Assembly (NCBI GenBank): GCA_002269645.1
Contig: NIVC01001743.1
Coordinates: forward strand, 124,001-188,000
Reading direction: 5' to 3'
DNA from: Macrostomum lignano
Taxonomy: Eukaryota
DNA: 64,000 nt
In this document: piece after piece, positions 34,601 through 47,473 of the stretch
How positions within the stretch are numbered: position 1 is the stretch's first letter
How the letters are laid out: the number at the start of each line of letters is the position of its first letter
Made by a program: the position numbers and the translations under genes
Notes under the pieces: generated by a model
Told to the model about the DNA's origin: nothing
The model's input: the letters and a program-made list of their open reading frames with translations, nothing else
Database searches by the model: none

Positions 34601-34680
34601 GTGTCTGTCTGTCTGTCTGCCTGTCTGTCTGTCTGTCTGCCTGCCTGCCTGTCTGTCTACTCAAGTGTCTGTCTGTCTGT
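33100..34680. repeat. Compound (GTCT)n microsatellite with recurring TGTCTTAGTGACTGTCTGTAT interruptions
   Basis: Direct reading. Source of the SVCL/TDRQ ORFs. Confidence 0.95.
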
Positions 34681-35159
34681 CCGTCAGCCCACCAGCCCCA
34701 GTTGAAATCGTGTTCAACATCAACCCACAGCAACACAAGTGGTGAGGTATCGGACAAACTCTAATTAGGAAGGAAGGTGAAATTTGACTCAATAATTATA
34801 AAATCCCAGGATGGTGTGGCTGCTTTATCTGCTTTAAACATACAGTCCGCTGTAAATAATGTTCCAGATTTAGATTTTCTATTTCTAACCCAGCCTCGAA
34901 AAATGGTTCATAGATTTATTGCAATTCCGCCATTAGGAGCTGCGCAGCAATTATTGATTTATGATTTCTATTTTGCAGCCGTTCTCCCAGCTGTGGGGAT
35001 TACTGACTAGGGCGAAGTGCTGAATTATTGAATTTCTGACTGGTTTGAAATACACTGAAAGAGCTGCTATCAGATTTCCAGTCGGGACGAAATGGATAAA
35101 AGAAATTCAATGATGGGAGGTCACTCTGGGAGAAAAGGAATATAGTGGGAGAAGGGAAT

Positions 35160-35290
35160 GAGATGGAGAGGGTGTGAGATGGAGGAAGAGGGTGTGAGAT
35201 GAGGTGAGATGGAGGAAGAGGGTGTGAGATGGGTGAGATGGAGGAAGAGGGTGTGAGATGGGTGAGAGGGTGTGAGATGGGGGAGAGATA
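35160..35290. repeat. GA-rich short tandem repeat (GAGATGGAGGAAGAGGGTGT core)
   Basis: About 4 units. Confidence 0.8.
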
Positions 35291-36044
35291 CAGTGAGTTG
35301 GTGAGCTGGATCACATAGCGACCCAGAGCTTGGGATTTGGTGATGACATGAAAATGAGACAATTGGAGTGGATCCAGGATCAGAGATTAGCACTATTACA
35401 CTGACTGCCGAAACAATACATGTACATTAGGGATCACAAGTCTCAGTTGAGACGACAAGACAGCTCAAACCCATTAAAACAGCGAACTTACCTGTTTTAT
35501 CTAGAATTAGATTTCTAATCAGCCGAGAGCGCTTCTTGGACAGGAAAGTTGAGCTCTCAGTTAGACAGCTCAAGTTTTTGTGCAGCTCCGCAGCCAGAGA
35601 AGGGTTCGCCAACCCCTGCACTCGAACTCAGCTCTCAGCCAATCAGAGGTGTCGCAGCATTGCAGCTGTGCATTCATGCTTCCATTCTGTTCAACTGTCT
35701 TCTCTTCTCTCAGAGAGACAGTCAGAGCTGGTCCATTTTACTACCGAAGCCGTCACGTCGAGTCATTGTGCCGCTGTTAGGCTGCCACCGCAAGCGCGAG
35801 ACATGCAAGAAATGTTTAAATTGTGCGCACCATGTACATGTGTATTGGGTGCGAGTGGGGCATACAATAAATTTTAGAGAACGTATTACTATACCTCCAA
35901 GGGTGCGCAACTTAACAGCCTGCCTGCTTCTCAATAATTCCACAATCTGCATCTTTTTCGCTGAAATCTATGATAACTTCTGAGTTCGGTTCGGAGTAAC
36001 TATTTCATGTCTACCAACTCTATAAACTTCATCTAGATACTGCA

Positions 36045-37045
36045 GATAAACTACCCTAAGATTTGCCCATAAACTACCCGGAGAATCGCCACCAAACTAC
36101 CCTGAGAATCGACAATAAAATACCCTAAGATTTGCCCATAAACTACCCTGAGAATCGACAATAAAATACCCTGAGAATCGCCAATAAACTACCCTGAGAA
36201 TCGCCACTAAACTACTGTGAGAATCGACACTAAACTACCCTGAGAATCCACAGTAAACTACCCTGAGAATCGACAATAAACTACTGTAAGAATCGACACT
36301 AAACTACCCTGAGAATCCACAATAAACTACTGTGAGAATCGACACTAAACTACCCTGAGAATCCACAGTAAACTACCCTGAGAATCGACAATAAACTACT
36401 GTAAGAATCGACACTAAACTACCCTGAGAATCGAAAATAAACTACCCTGAGAATCCACAATAAACTACCCTGAGAATCCACAATAAACTACCCTGAGAAT
36501 CCACAATAAACTACCCTGAGAATCGTCAATAAACTACTGTAAGAAGCGACACTAAACTACCCTGAGAATCGACACTAAACTACCCTGAGAATCGACACTA
36601 AACTACCGTGAGAATCGACACTAAACTACCGTGAGAATCGACACTAAACTACCCTGAGAATTGCCAATAAACTACCCTGAAACTACTCTGAAATTTGCCT
36701 ATAAACTACCCTGAGAATTGCCAATAAGCTACCCTGAGAATCGCTAATAAGCTACCCTGAGAATCGCTAATAAACTACCCTGAGAATCGCCAATAAACTA
36801 TCGTGAGAATCGCCACTAAAAACTACCGTGAGAATCGCCACTAAACTACCTTGAGAATCGCCAATAAACTACCATGAGAATCGCACTAAACTACTCAGAG
36901 AATCGCACCTAAACTACCCTGAGAATCGACAATGAACTACCCAGAGAATCGCACTAAACTACTCATAGAATCGCCAATAAACTACTTTGAGAATCGACAA
37001 TGAAATACCCAGAGAATCGCCACTAAACTACCTTGAGAATCGCCA
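36045..37045. repeat. 23-bp minisatellite (AATAAACTACCCTGAGAATCGMC)
   Basis: About 43 units. Confidence 0.95.
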
Positions 37046-37434
37046 AAAACCTTCAATAAAATCATATCGTTAAGGCAATCCGGTCCCTAGAGTGGCAATA
37101 TATCCGACAATTTACATTCATACATGCATACACTCACTGGCTAGCATTGCAAAGTGAAACAGCTGTGCACAGGGTACCCCGAACTCTCACTGCAAGGCCA
37201 GCCAGTCGTTGCTTCAAGCTGTGCAAAGAAATTCAGCACGTGGAAATTTTATAAATTTCATCTGCATTGCTTCTAGTTATATTAGGTCAAACTGTAACTA
37301 ATATCTTCGCAAGATCTGCTATAAAGAAAGTTTTAAAAAACCAATACGCGCTAAGTATTCAAATGTACTTTTAGAAACGCTTCGAATTAAGTAAGTGGCA
37401 ACCTTGAGGGTTTAGGGAGAATGAAGTAGGATTG

Positions 37435-38197
37435 AGGGAAACTTAGGATTAAGGGAGGATAAAGAAGGATTAAGGGAGTGCAGAAGGATTAAGGGAGAGT
37501 AAAGAAGGATTAAGGGAGAGTGAAGAAGGATTAAGGGAGAGTGAAGAAGGATTAAGGGAGAGTGAAGAAGGATTAAGGGAGTGCAGAAGGATTAAGGGAG
37601 GAGGAAGAAGGATTAAGGGAGTGCAGAAGGATTAAGGGAGAGTGAAGAAGGATTAAGGGAGTGCAGAAGGATTAAGGGAGAGTGAAGAAGCATTAAGGGA
37701 GTGCAGAAGGATTAAGGGAGGATGAAGAAGGATTAAGGGAGAGTGAAGAAGCATTAAGGGAGTGCAGAAGGATTAAGGGAGGATAAAGAAGGATTAAGGG
37801 AGAGTGAAGAAGGATTAAGGGAGAGTGAAGAAGGATTAAGGGAGAGTGAAGAAGGATTAAGGGAGAGTGAAGAAGGATTAAGGGAGAGTGAAGAAGGATT
37901 AAGGGAGAGTGAAGAAGGATTAAGGGAGTGCAGAAGGATTAAGGGAGAGTGAAGAAGGATTAAGGGAGAGTGAAGAAGGATTAAGGGAGGATGAAGAAGG
38001 ATTAAGGGAGTGCAGAAGGATTAAGGGAGAGTGAAGAAGGATTAAGGGAGAGTGAAGAAGGATTAAGGGAGAGTGAAGAAGGATTAAGGGAGAGTGAAGA
38101 AGGATTAAGGGAGAGTGAAGAAGGATTAAGGGAGAGTGAAGAAGGATTAAGGGAGAGTGAAGAAGGATTAAGGGAGAGTGAAGAAGGATTAAGGGAG
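37435..38197. repeat. 20-21-bp purine-rich minisatellite (GAAGAAGGATTAAGGGAGAGT)
   Basis: Direct reading. Confidence 0.95.
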
Positions 38198-38849
38198 AAT
38201 TAGAGAATTCTTTAGAGATTAAAAGCGAACGAAAGACAAGAAGATAAGGATAAGGATAAAAATGATTACTTTAAAATAGACCCTTTTCAAAACGCCCGAA
38301 AATGAAAATGCAACTTAAAAAATACAGCGTTGGAAGTTTCGAGAATCTATAGTATAAGTATAATAACACACAGAGCATTGAGTCAGCCAATAGCCAACCT
38401 TAACTAAGCGATATAGCCAGGAAGAAATTAGAATAAAGTTCTATAGTCTTGCTGAGTGAACTTGCAATTTAAGCGAAACATTAGAAGGGGGAACCAGGGG
38501 GGGGGCAGGGGGTGGTTGCCAGGCCGCAGCTGAATGAGAGTGATCAGCAGTATAGAATACAGCTGCACTGAAGCACGAGAGGCAGCAGGACACCCAAGTC
38601 CGCCTACAATCATGAGCCGGGGGTTCAATGAGCTCACCGGAGCCAGAGTTGCTGCTGTTTTGTGCCTTGCCTTGGACTCACCGTGGAAGCACCCGAGCTC
38701 ATGTGCGACACTATCATATATTATTCTTTATTTATTCTAGTATGTAATTTTTCATTTAGATTAGGCTGCAACACTTTCGTCTTGGTCTCATATCATTACA
38801 TCTTTTCTCTCAAATCCCGCATGCAGTGGTCCGGTCTTACTGTAACACA

Positions 38850-39560
38850 TCTAATCTCAGTGAGTCTCACTCTAACACATATAATCTCACAGTGAGTCTC
38901 ACTCTAAAACTTCTAATCTCACACTGAGTCTCACTCTAAAACATCTAATCTCACACTGAGTCTCACTCTAACACATCTAATCTCAGTGAGTCTCACTCTA
39001 ACACATCTAATCTCAGTGAGTCTCACTCTAAAACATCTTAATCTCAGTGAGTCTCACTCTAACACATCTAATCTCAGTGAGTCTCACTCTAACACATCTA
39101 ATCTCACACTGAGTCTCACTCTAAAACATCTAATCTCACACTGAGTCTCACTCTAACACATCTAATCTCAGTGAGTCTCACTCTAACACATCTAATCTCA
39201 GTGAGTCTCACTCTAAAACATCTTAATCTCAGTGAGTCTCACTCTAACACATCTAATCTCAGTGAGTCTCACTCTAACACATCTTAATCTCAGTGAGTCT
39301 CACTCTAAAACATCTAATCTCAGTGAGTCTCACTCTAAAACATCTTAATCTCCCAGCGAGTCTCACTTTAACACATCTAATCTCACACTGAGTCTCACTC
39401 TAACACAGCTAATCTCACAGTGAGTCTCACTTTAACAGAGCTAATCTCACAGTGAGTCTCACTCTAACACATCTAATCTCAGTGAGACCCATTCATACAC
39501 ATCTAATCTCACAGTGAGTCTCATTCTAACACATTTAATCTGCCTGAGTCTTACTCTAGC
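38850..39560. repeat. 30-32-bp minisatellite (TCTAATCTCAGTGAGTCTCACTCTAACACA)
   Basis: Direct reading. Confidence 0.93.
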
Positions 39561-40404
39561 ACAACTAATCTCAAAGTGGATGTCACTATAGCAAATATCA
39601 AGTCCTGAAGCTAAATCAGGGTTCTAAATCTAACTAAATCTAAATCTAAAATCCCACATTCAGTTCTACTCGAACACATCTAGTCTCACAGTGAGCCTTT
39701 TTCTAACACATCTTAAATTTGGTCTTACGCTACCAGATCTAATCTCACACTGGTTTCAGATTATCTCTATCTCAAAAAATCTCTAGTATCTCTAATACAC
39801 CATGAGGTCTAACTCACCACAAGACACCCTTTTAATCTCACAATTAGTAGCATAGAAAAACTAGAATAGACTTAGCTACAGACAAATTCACGCTACTTAT
39901 AACCCGAATTAGCTTTGGTAGATAAAAACAAAACATAACTGTGCTAAAAAAACAATTACAGAAATTTAAAGCAGTCTCACAGAGCCGAGTTCCTTCTCAA
40001 AGGCTAAAGTATATATTTTTAACAAAATAGTAAAAAATTCTTTAGCCAATATCCGACGCATACTACTATTTGTCAGTAGTTAAGAGATAGGAAAAAAGGC
40101 TTGTCCAGCAAATACAGAAAGACCTAAAAAGAAATAAAAGTTACAAAAAAGTGGTTAATTTTGACATCGACGACAAGACGACTTTGCTTAAAAATGAAAC
40201 GGTAAACGACAAGATTGTACGGATGAATGACAAAATCAAAGCGACTCTCAGGAACTTGCTAAGGCTTTATGGGATTCAAACGGCAAAATAAAAAATAGCA
40301 CGCAGACTCGATTGGTGGTTGCAGAATAGTCAGCAGCAGCTAAGGCAGAAGCGAAGTAAACCAAGAGTAAATTAATAATATACGCTAGCTTTCAATGCGG
40401 GTGA

Positions 40405-40990
40405 GAGTGAGTGTACATTAGGGATAGAGATACTTAGGGGTGTTGGATGAGAGAGAGAGTGTACATTAGGGGTAGAGATGTTTTGCGGGTTGGATGAGAG
40501 CAAGTGTACATTAGGGGTAGAGATACTTGGGGTGTTGGATGAGTGTACATTAGGGGTAGAGATACTCGGGGTGTTGGATGAGAGCAAGTGTACATTAGGG
40601 GTAGAGATGTTTTGCGGGTTGGATGAGAGCAAGTGTACATTAGGGGTAGAGATGTTTTGCGGGTTGGATGAGAGCAAGTGTACATTAGGGGTAGAGATAC
40701 TTGGGGGTGTTGGATGAGTGTACATTAGGGGTAGAGATACTCGGGGTGTTGGATGAGAGCAAGTGTACATTAGGGGTAGAGATGTTTTGGGGGTTGGATG
40801 AGAGAGTGTACATTAGGGGTAGAGATACTTGGGGGTGTTGGATGAGTGTACATTAGGGGTAGAGATACTCGGGGTGTTGGATGAGAGCAAGTGTACATTA
40901 GGGGTAGAGATGTTTTGGGGGTTGGATGAGAGAGTGTACATTAGGGGTAGAGATACTTGGGGGTGTTGGATGAGAGAGTGTACATTAAGG
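40405..40990. repeat. ~39-45-bp minisatellite (GTGTACATTAGGGGTAGAGAT core)
   Basis: About 13 units. Confidence 0.92.
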
Positions 40991-41714
40991 ATGGGGCAGA
41001 AGTGTCTGTGTACCTAGATGCAGAGCCTAGATTCTAGACTACTGGCTGATTTAGTGGATGCATAATTAGCGATGACTGAAAAGTCGTGGAATTTAGGTTC
41101 AATGTTAAAACGCTAGAGTATAAACATACTAATAAACATTGAAAAAAAACAATTGTTTCTCGTGTGCAATGAGTGCTAATTAGCATTAACATACTATATT
41201 TATCACAATAGACATACATAAAAATATCCGACAACCGAAAAATCCAACGCCAAAACCAGCTACTTAAAGTAGAGAAACCAAAAAACGCAAGCGAAATCGA
41301 AAATAAACAACTGCAACTTCAACAGCAACTTTTCAAGTGACTCGTCGATGGTTCACAGTTTACAAAGATGTGGAGTAACTCCACAAAGTTAGGAGATAAA
41401 AAGTGACATTTTAAGACTAAAAGTACCACTATATAGTATACATATACACATTATCAACAGAAACAGTAGTACATGCCAGTCAAACGAAAGTGCTAAGTGC
41501 AATGATTAATGCATAATCGATTAATGTTTCTTAAATCTCGCGCATCCTTGACTTCATTCAATCAGTAAAATGACAGCTGGTTTTTACTCAACTAAAGCGG
41601 TGCTTCCCTTTAAAAGAGCCTCTCTGAAGTTTCAAGCGGGCGAAAGTAGCACTGTAGCAAGAGTTTCCAACAATATAAAGCTTCGAACCAGCAGCCCCTA
41701 ATTCTAAGCAGGCG

Positions 41715-42134
41715 TCATACGTGTCTAATGAGAAAGTACACAAGAGACAGGCCGAACGCGGCAGCAGATGTGTAAGCCACCACGGTGCTGGCGTCTGGCA
41801 CTAGCCACTCCGACAAGCTGACTCTGGGCGGCGCTAAGCGCGCATTCTCTGCCAGGTAGCGCCGCAGACGCGCCGGTAATCGGCGCACCGGATGGCGTCG
41901 TTTCTGAGCTGGCGCCTCATCGAGCCAATCTGGCGCCAAATTCAAATAGGTCAAAAGGTCCACATCGGCTATGGTTGGCCGCGAGCCAAACAGGAAGCTG
42001 CCGCAGTCGGCAGAGCTCTGGCGCTCCTGATCGGTCAGTAGCAGGCGCGCCTCCGCCGCTGCCAGGGCGCGTGCCGCTTCGCGCGCCGGTGTGCGCGCTT
42101 CTAAGCGCGCCAAAACTGTGTGCAACTCCAATAC
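41715..42134 (-). CDS. GST-fold tail-anchored protein (GDAP1/metaxin/FAXC-like), last exon
   Basis: Acceptor ...CTCTCACCCAG|GTA. FLFGSRPTIADVDLLTYL (GST C-terminal N-capping box); hydrophobic tail VVAYTSAAAFGLSLVYFLI followed by RH and stop. Confidence 0.75.
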   Translation of the reverse strand, partial: VLELHTVLARLEARTPAREAARALAAAEARLLLTDQERQSSADCGSFLFGSRPTIADVDLLTYLNLAPDWLDEAPAQKRRHPVRRLPARLRRYLAENARLAPPRVSLSEWLVPDASTVVAYTSAAAFGLSLVYFLIRHV

Positions 42135-42214
42135 CTGGGTGAGAGTGCAAAGGCGGACGGAATTGGTAGGTCGAATTCGCTGATATGTATCGAGAACTAC
42201 TTAAATTAACCTGA

Positions 42215-42530
42215 TAAACACCCAATCTGACAAACTTTCACCCGACAAATAACCAATCTGACGAACTTTCACCTGACAAATAACCAATCTGACAAACTTT
42301 CACCTGACAAATAACCAATCTGACAAACTTTCACCTGACAAATAACCAATCTGACAAACTTTCTCCTGACAAACACCAAATCTGCAAAACACCCATTTTG
42401 ACAAGCCTTTACCTGACAAACACCAAATCTGACAGTTTCACCTGACAAAGTTTCACCTGACCCGACAAACACCAAATCTGACAAACCTTCACCTGACAAA
42501 CACCCAATCTGACAAAAATTTACCTGACAT
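42215..42530. repeat. 31-bp intronic minisatellite (ACAAATAACCAATCTGACAAACTTTCACCTG)
   Basis: Within intron 42135-42615. Confidence 0.9.
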
Positions 42531-42615
42531 ACATCGGATAGACAAATCAAGCTGACAAACATCTGAGTCATGGAATTCCCATCCAACAAGCTTTTAACTG
42601 ACAAAACAGACAAAC

Positions 42616-42906
42616 CTCTTCCGCAATATCCATGGGCAAAAGGCTTCGGCAGGATCGCTGGCCACTCCTACAGTCATAGCCGGCATTGTAAGCGCCTATG
42701 GCGATCTCCAGCAACCTATAGAACTGACTGGCACTGTAGGCCGCCCGACCGGCAAGCAGGCAGCACTCCCGACTGCCGCGACCGCTGGGCAGCCGGTGCT
42801 CCCGGACAGGTAGAGCTGAGCACAGGCCAGACAGTTGAATGGCAAGAGAAACTCTACGATAGAACAGACTCTGCTTTGATTGGTAATAAATTGTCACTTC
42901 TTCCAT
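42616..42906 (-). CDS. GST-fold protein, first coding exon (GST-N-like)
   Basis: MEEVTIYYQSKQSLFYRRVSLAIQLSGL resembles the GST-N beta1-alpha1 start. Donor GAG|GTTTG, phase 0, in frame with the next exon (236 aa total). Start codon choice uncertain. Confidence 0.6.
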
Positions 42907-45900
42907 TTCTGTCTCGCAGAGTTCCTCTTCAAATAGAAATTCGTCAACTAATGTTGGCTCAAATTGAAACTCTTCATATAATTGTGCATTGTTGTTTCTA
43001 CTGATGCTGCTGTTGTGGCTGCGGTTGCCAGGTGCAGGCCGCAGCTTGGCAACTAATGGCTGCCTGACAAACCAGTTAATGGCCTGCATGAAATGTAAGC
43101 ATATTGCATATTGTGTTAACATTGTGTTATGTACTTTTATTTTTTGATGCAATTAACTTTGATCTTGCTGTTAAGATCAAAACCTACATGTAATTCATTA
43201 AAAAATTATTCCTTTTCTTTGTTGCTTCCCCAAAGGGGGGGGGGCACAGATTACTAGTTTAGTCACTAATAAAATTAAACATCTTTGTGATAGTTTAGCT
43301 ATTCCTCTTTCAATAGCCAATGTGTCTATTGCAAAATATTTGATATCAAAGAAAAATTATTATCAATAATTTCTTATTAACTTCCTTGCCATAGAATAGT
43401 CTACTAAATACATTTATAAATTTAGAAGATATGAGAAAAAAAGGAAGCTGAAAAAGATATAAACAATGAGGATTGCTATTGTGAAGTTTGAAAAGATCTG
43501 AGCCAAATATAGGCTTTGTGGGTTAGAGTTTATTAGCCCCTAGTTTAAGTCATTAGTTTGCTTCTAATTTTTTTTTAGAAATAAAAGGTCAGAACAGTAG
43601 ATTTTTGAAAATATTTTAATAAGCCCATTATGTATTTATCATTAGAGCTATAGTCAATTTTAATATATACTGCCAATATGGCACTTGACAACCTCTGTTT
43701 TGCAGCCCAATTTGCAGCTTACAATGGTATTAATGCTATCATAATGTTGGAATAATTTTGGTCTTTGCCTTCTAGTTCTATTATACTGTCTATCTTAGAA
43801 TTATTGAGCGCCAGCTACAGAGAGGGTGCCAGCTACAAAGGGGGGCACCAGCTACAGAGAGGGACACCAGCTATAGAGGGGGTTTTGTTAGTCCTATCCC
43901 TAGTATTTTTGGGTCTTTTTTAATTCTTCATATTCCCTGGCTTGGCCTCTCCTAAGACCAAGTCCTTATCAAAGTCTTTATTAGATCATAGTCTAGACTT
44001 GAATCATAGTCTAGTTTTAACTTCTATTACCCAAGAGTCATCAAGACTATCTAAATCTATTTCTGATTGATCTAATTACAATAGACCCTAGAAAATGAAG
44101 TTTAAAAATTAGACTTACATTTTAAATCTCAATTTTATTTCATCATTGCTTTTTTTAACTTAAAGAATATTAAGGTATATAAAATATTTTCTATTTTAAT
44201 AGGATTATTATTATGTCTATCTTTTAAAGGTGCTGATTTTAAATTGCAGCTTTATTTTTATATTGCTTCAACCCAAATCCTTGTAGCTTAAAACCAACTA
44301 CAGGAACATTAGATGCAGGATATACCGGGCTTAAGCTTGTGAGATAGAAAAATTCTTTATATAGATTGATAAAGGCATGATTCTCTATTGAAGTTTTGGT
44401 ATTTTATATGATTATTGACCTCTAAGAATTACAAATATATAGGCCTAGCCATAAAGGTTAAATCTAGGCCTATTATTAAGACATAGGCAATATAACTATT
44501 TTAGAATAGGGAAATTATTTATAGGGATCATAAGCATAGTCCAAACTTCTAAGCATATAAAATATAAGCAATATTTTTTGCTTGATATATATTATATAGG
44601 GAAATAAGATAATACTTATACTATATACTGATTGGTAACAAGCCAATAAAGAAGTCTAGTAGATAGACTAAAAGAATAAGATTAAGATTATATATGTAAG
44701 GCCTAGCATAGTGGGCTCCCTAAATTATATAAATAGTGTAGGCCCCTATCTCTTTTATTACCTAGGACCTGTATTATACATAGGAATTTTTCCATAAAAG
44801 TAGCATCTTTATAAGTTATTATTGTTGTTTATAGTATATAGCTTGTACTTTTAGTACTTTATTTAATTTTAGTATATAGGATATAATAATTATCAGATAC
44901 ATAATGTTGATTAATATTGTTAATGCAAATAGCTGTGGGTATCCTTTTCTAGAAAGTTCAATAAATATCCAATACAGTATTGTACCGATATATTTATGGT
45001 TGTTAGTTAATATCACAAATATGCTAATACTTTAAGTGCCTCCCAAACTGCTCAATTTTTTATCTTGTGTATTCTTTTTGTTAAAACAGATAAAATATAC
45101 TTAATTAAAAGAAGCAAATTTCAACAATTAGGCCTATAAACCTAGAGATTAGTACTATCCACTAATTTTTAATCTATTCAGTATATTTTTATTTATCTTT
45201 TTTATGATAAGTATTGGTTTATCCATAAAGACCCTATATAGCTAAAATCAACATAAAATAAGACTATAAAAGTAACCATAAATCAAATTATATAGTAAAT
45301 TTTAGTAGAAAGCCAATAGATAGATAAAAAACTTATTATAATATAGCAACATTAATTCTCTAGCGAAAGTTTAAGGCCTAAGTATTTAAGTATTTTATGA
45401 AGAGTTATAGAACTATTATATTTGAATTTTTTCATGATTAAATAGGCATAGCCATTAAGCAAATATTAAGCAAATTATAATAGATTATGGCCTAGGCCTA
45501 GGCCTAAATATACCTAGACTCAACTAACAAGTATACTACTGTATTGTACTGATAGTGATACTACCAGGTTACCAGGTACATGTTATGGTTAATAATAATA
45601 GCCTAACTGCCTAAGCTAATATTGTAAAATTTCATAAAATACAAAAGTAAACTGTGCCTTATACTATAGTAGGCCCCCTAGGCCTAAAATTAAAAAAACA
45701 TTGTTAGGATTAGGAAATAGATTTTAGGAAAAACTAGGCCTAGGGCCCTATTGAAATTAAGGTCTATGTTATTAAAAAACAAAAAAATGATTAATGGGCC
45801 TATAGATATCAACATATCTATACTATACATATGGCGCAAATTTGTTCATCCAAATTGAGTCGGCATACAAACCAACGAGTAGCATCTTAATAGGGGCCTA

Positions 45901-45977
45901 TACACCATACGGCATGCCAAGGAAGAAGGAAGGTTCACAGCAACAAGTTCTACTATAAAAAAATAAAACTAAAATAG

Positions 45978-45981
45978 TAGT

Positions 45982-46052
<71 letters not shown>

Positions 46053-46064
46053 ATAGTAGTAGTA
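45978..46064. repeat. (TAG)n microsatellite
   Basis: Direct reading. Confidence 0.95.
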
Positions 46065-46360
46065 AATTTGGCTCAGGCTTAAGGAGCCTGTTATGCCAGT
46101 ATGATCCGATTTATTTAGTATTTATTCAAAAGGTTAAATTTTACACGATATTGTTCAAGCTGTCCGTAAAATTAAATTGCTTTGTCTTTAATGGCACAAT
46201 AGTTGAAACAAAACACATGTTGCAGCTCACTAAAAATTATGGTACTAACTTAATAAAGTCTTTCTTAATGTTTTAATAACATTCTTTTTGTCTTTTATTC
46301 TTTTTATTTCAGATTTTTTAAATTTGAGTTTAACGTTGCGGTAAGCTAGCGCGTAATCAT

Positions 46361-46695
46361 CTAGTAGTAATAATAATAATAGGATCTATCTACTAGTATG
46401 TGGGCAAGGAGTTGAGCGGTTCGGAATTCCAAGAAAAACAGCAGTATAACTATTAAACTCTGTTAATATTTGACTGCCTTAACAACCTAACTTAGCACAA
46501 TTTTTCACTTTCTTCTTGGCGATTGTCATTCAAAAATAAAAACTTTATAGCACGTATCTCCCTCTAATTATGGAGACAAAAAGTTATACTTCACAAATTG
46601 GTTCTGGTTCTGGAACCAGAGCAAGCAATATGAAAAGGCCCTAGTAGTAATAATAATGGGATCTATCTACTAGTATGTGGGCAAGGAGTTGAGCG
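46361..46695. repeat. Pair of ~55-bp direct repeats (46361-46418, 46641-46695) around ~220 bp
   Basis: CTAGTAGTAATAATAAT(A/G)GGATCTATCTACTAGTATGTGGGCAAGGAGTTGAGCG occurs twice. Confidence 0.9.
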
Positions 46696-46870
46696 TATGT
46701 GTATAAAACTATATAATGAGTATAAATATTTTTATGCAATTTTAATTTTATGATTTCTCAGTTTTGTAGCAGACGAAATTACTGTCAACCTTGCAGGGTA
46801 CAACATGAGACCTCTCCTCTGCTCTGCTCTAATACAATAGGCCTAATAGGCGTTGGCATAGGCCTACGCC

Positions 46871-47473
46871 GGTTTCCATGCATTTCGGTGCCCATGCTTT
46901 TCGGTGCCAGGCATTTCGGTGCCCCAGTTTGCTTTTCGGTGCCAAACTTGAATATGACGCCAAATCAGTAATTGATAAGTTATATTAAGATATTTTCTCT
47001 GAAATCTGAAATAGCACAAAGCAGCTGCAAATTGTTATTATAATAACTGGGTATAAGGCGTGCATAGAGGTAGTCATTTTGTTTTTGTCTCCATTTCGTT
47101 GATCAATGCCATACAAATCTACATGTACATTGGGTGCATAAGAAAAATGACAAGTAGCCTATGGGCATTCACTTAATACATTATGTACTTACTCGTCAGA
47201 GTTACTTCTGATAAAATTGGCAGATGGCACTTAAATTACTTTGTCACTGGATGCAAAGAAGTACATCTGCACTAATTCACTTAGCTGGATGTACAGAGAG
47301 GAGAGAATAAACTTGTTCAGTTATTCGTTATTGCCTTCGATTGAATCTAGAATAACATGATTGACTTTTAGCTTCATTCCATGTGTTTGTTAAGCTGGGA
47401 CCAAAAAGCAAAATGAGGCACCGAAAAGCAAACTAGGGCACCAAAATGCCTGGCACCAAAAAGCGTGGGTACC
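46871..47473. mobile_element. 603-bp MITE with GG termini and 8-bp TSD (Merlin-like candidate)
   Basis: CCTACGCC at 46863-46870 and 47474-47481. About 57 bp of imperfect inverted repeat built from TTTCGGTGCC subunits. Confidence 0.75.

Noticed and set aside
33160-34757. SVCL / TDRQ repeat proteins
   Set aside because: Translations of (GTCT)n.
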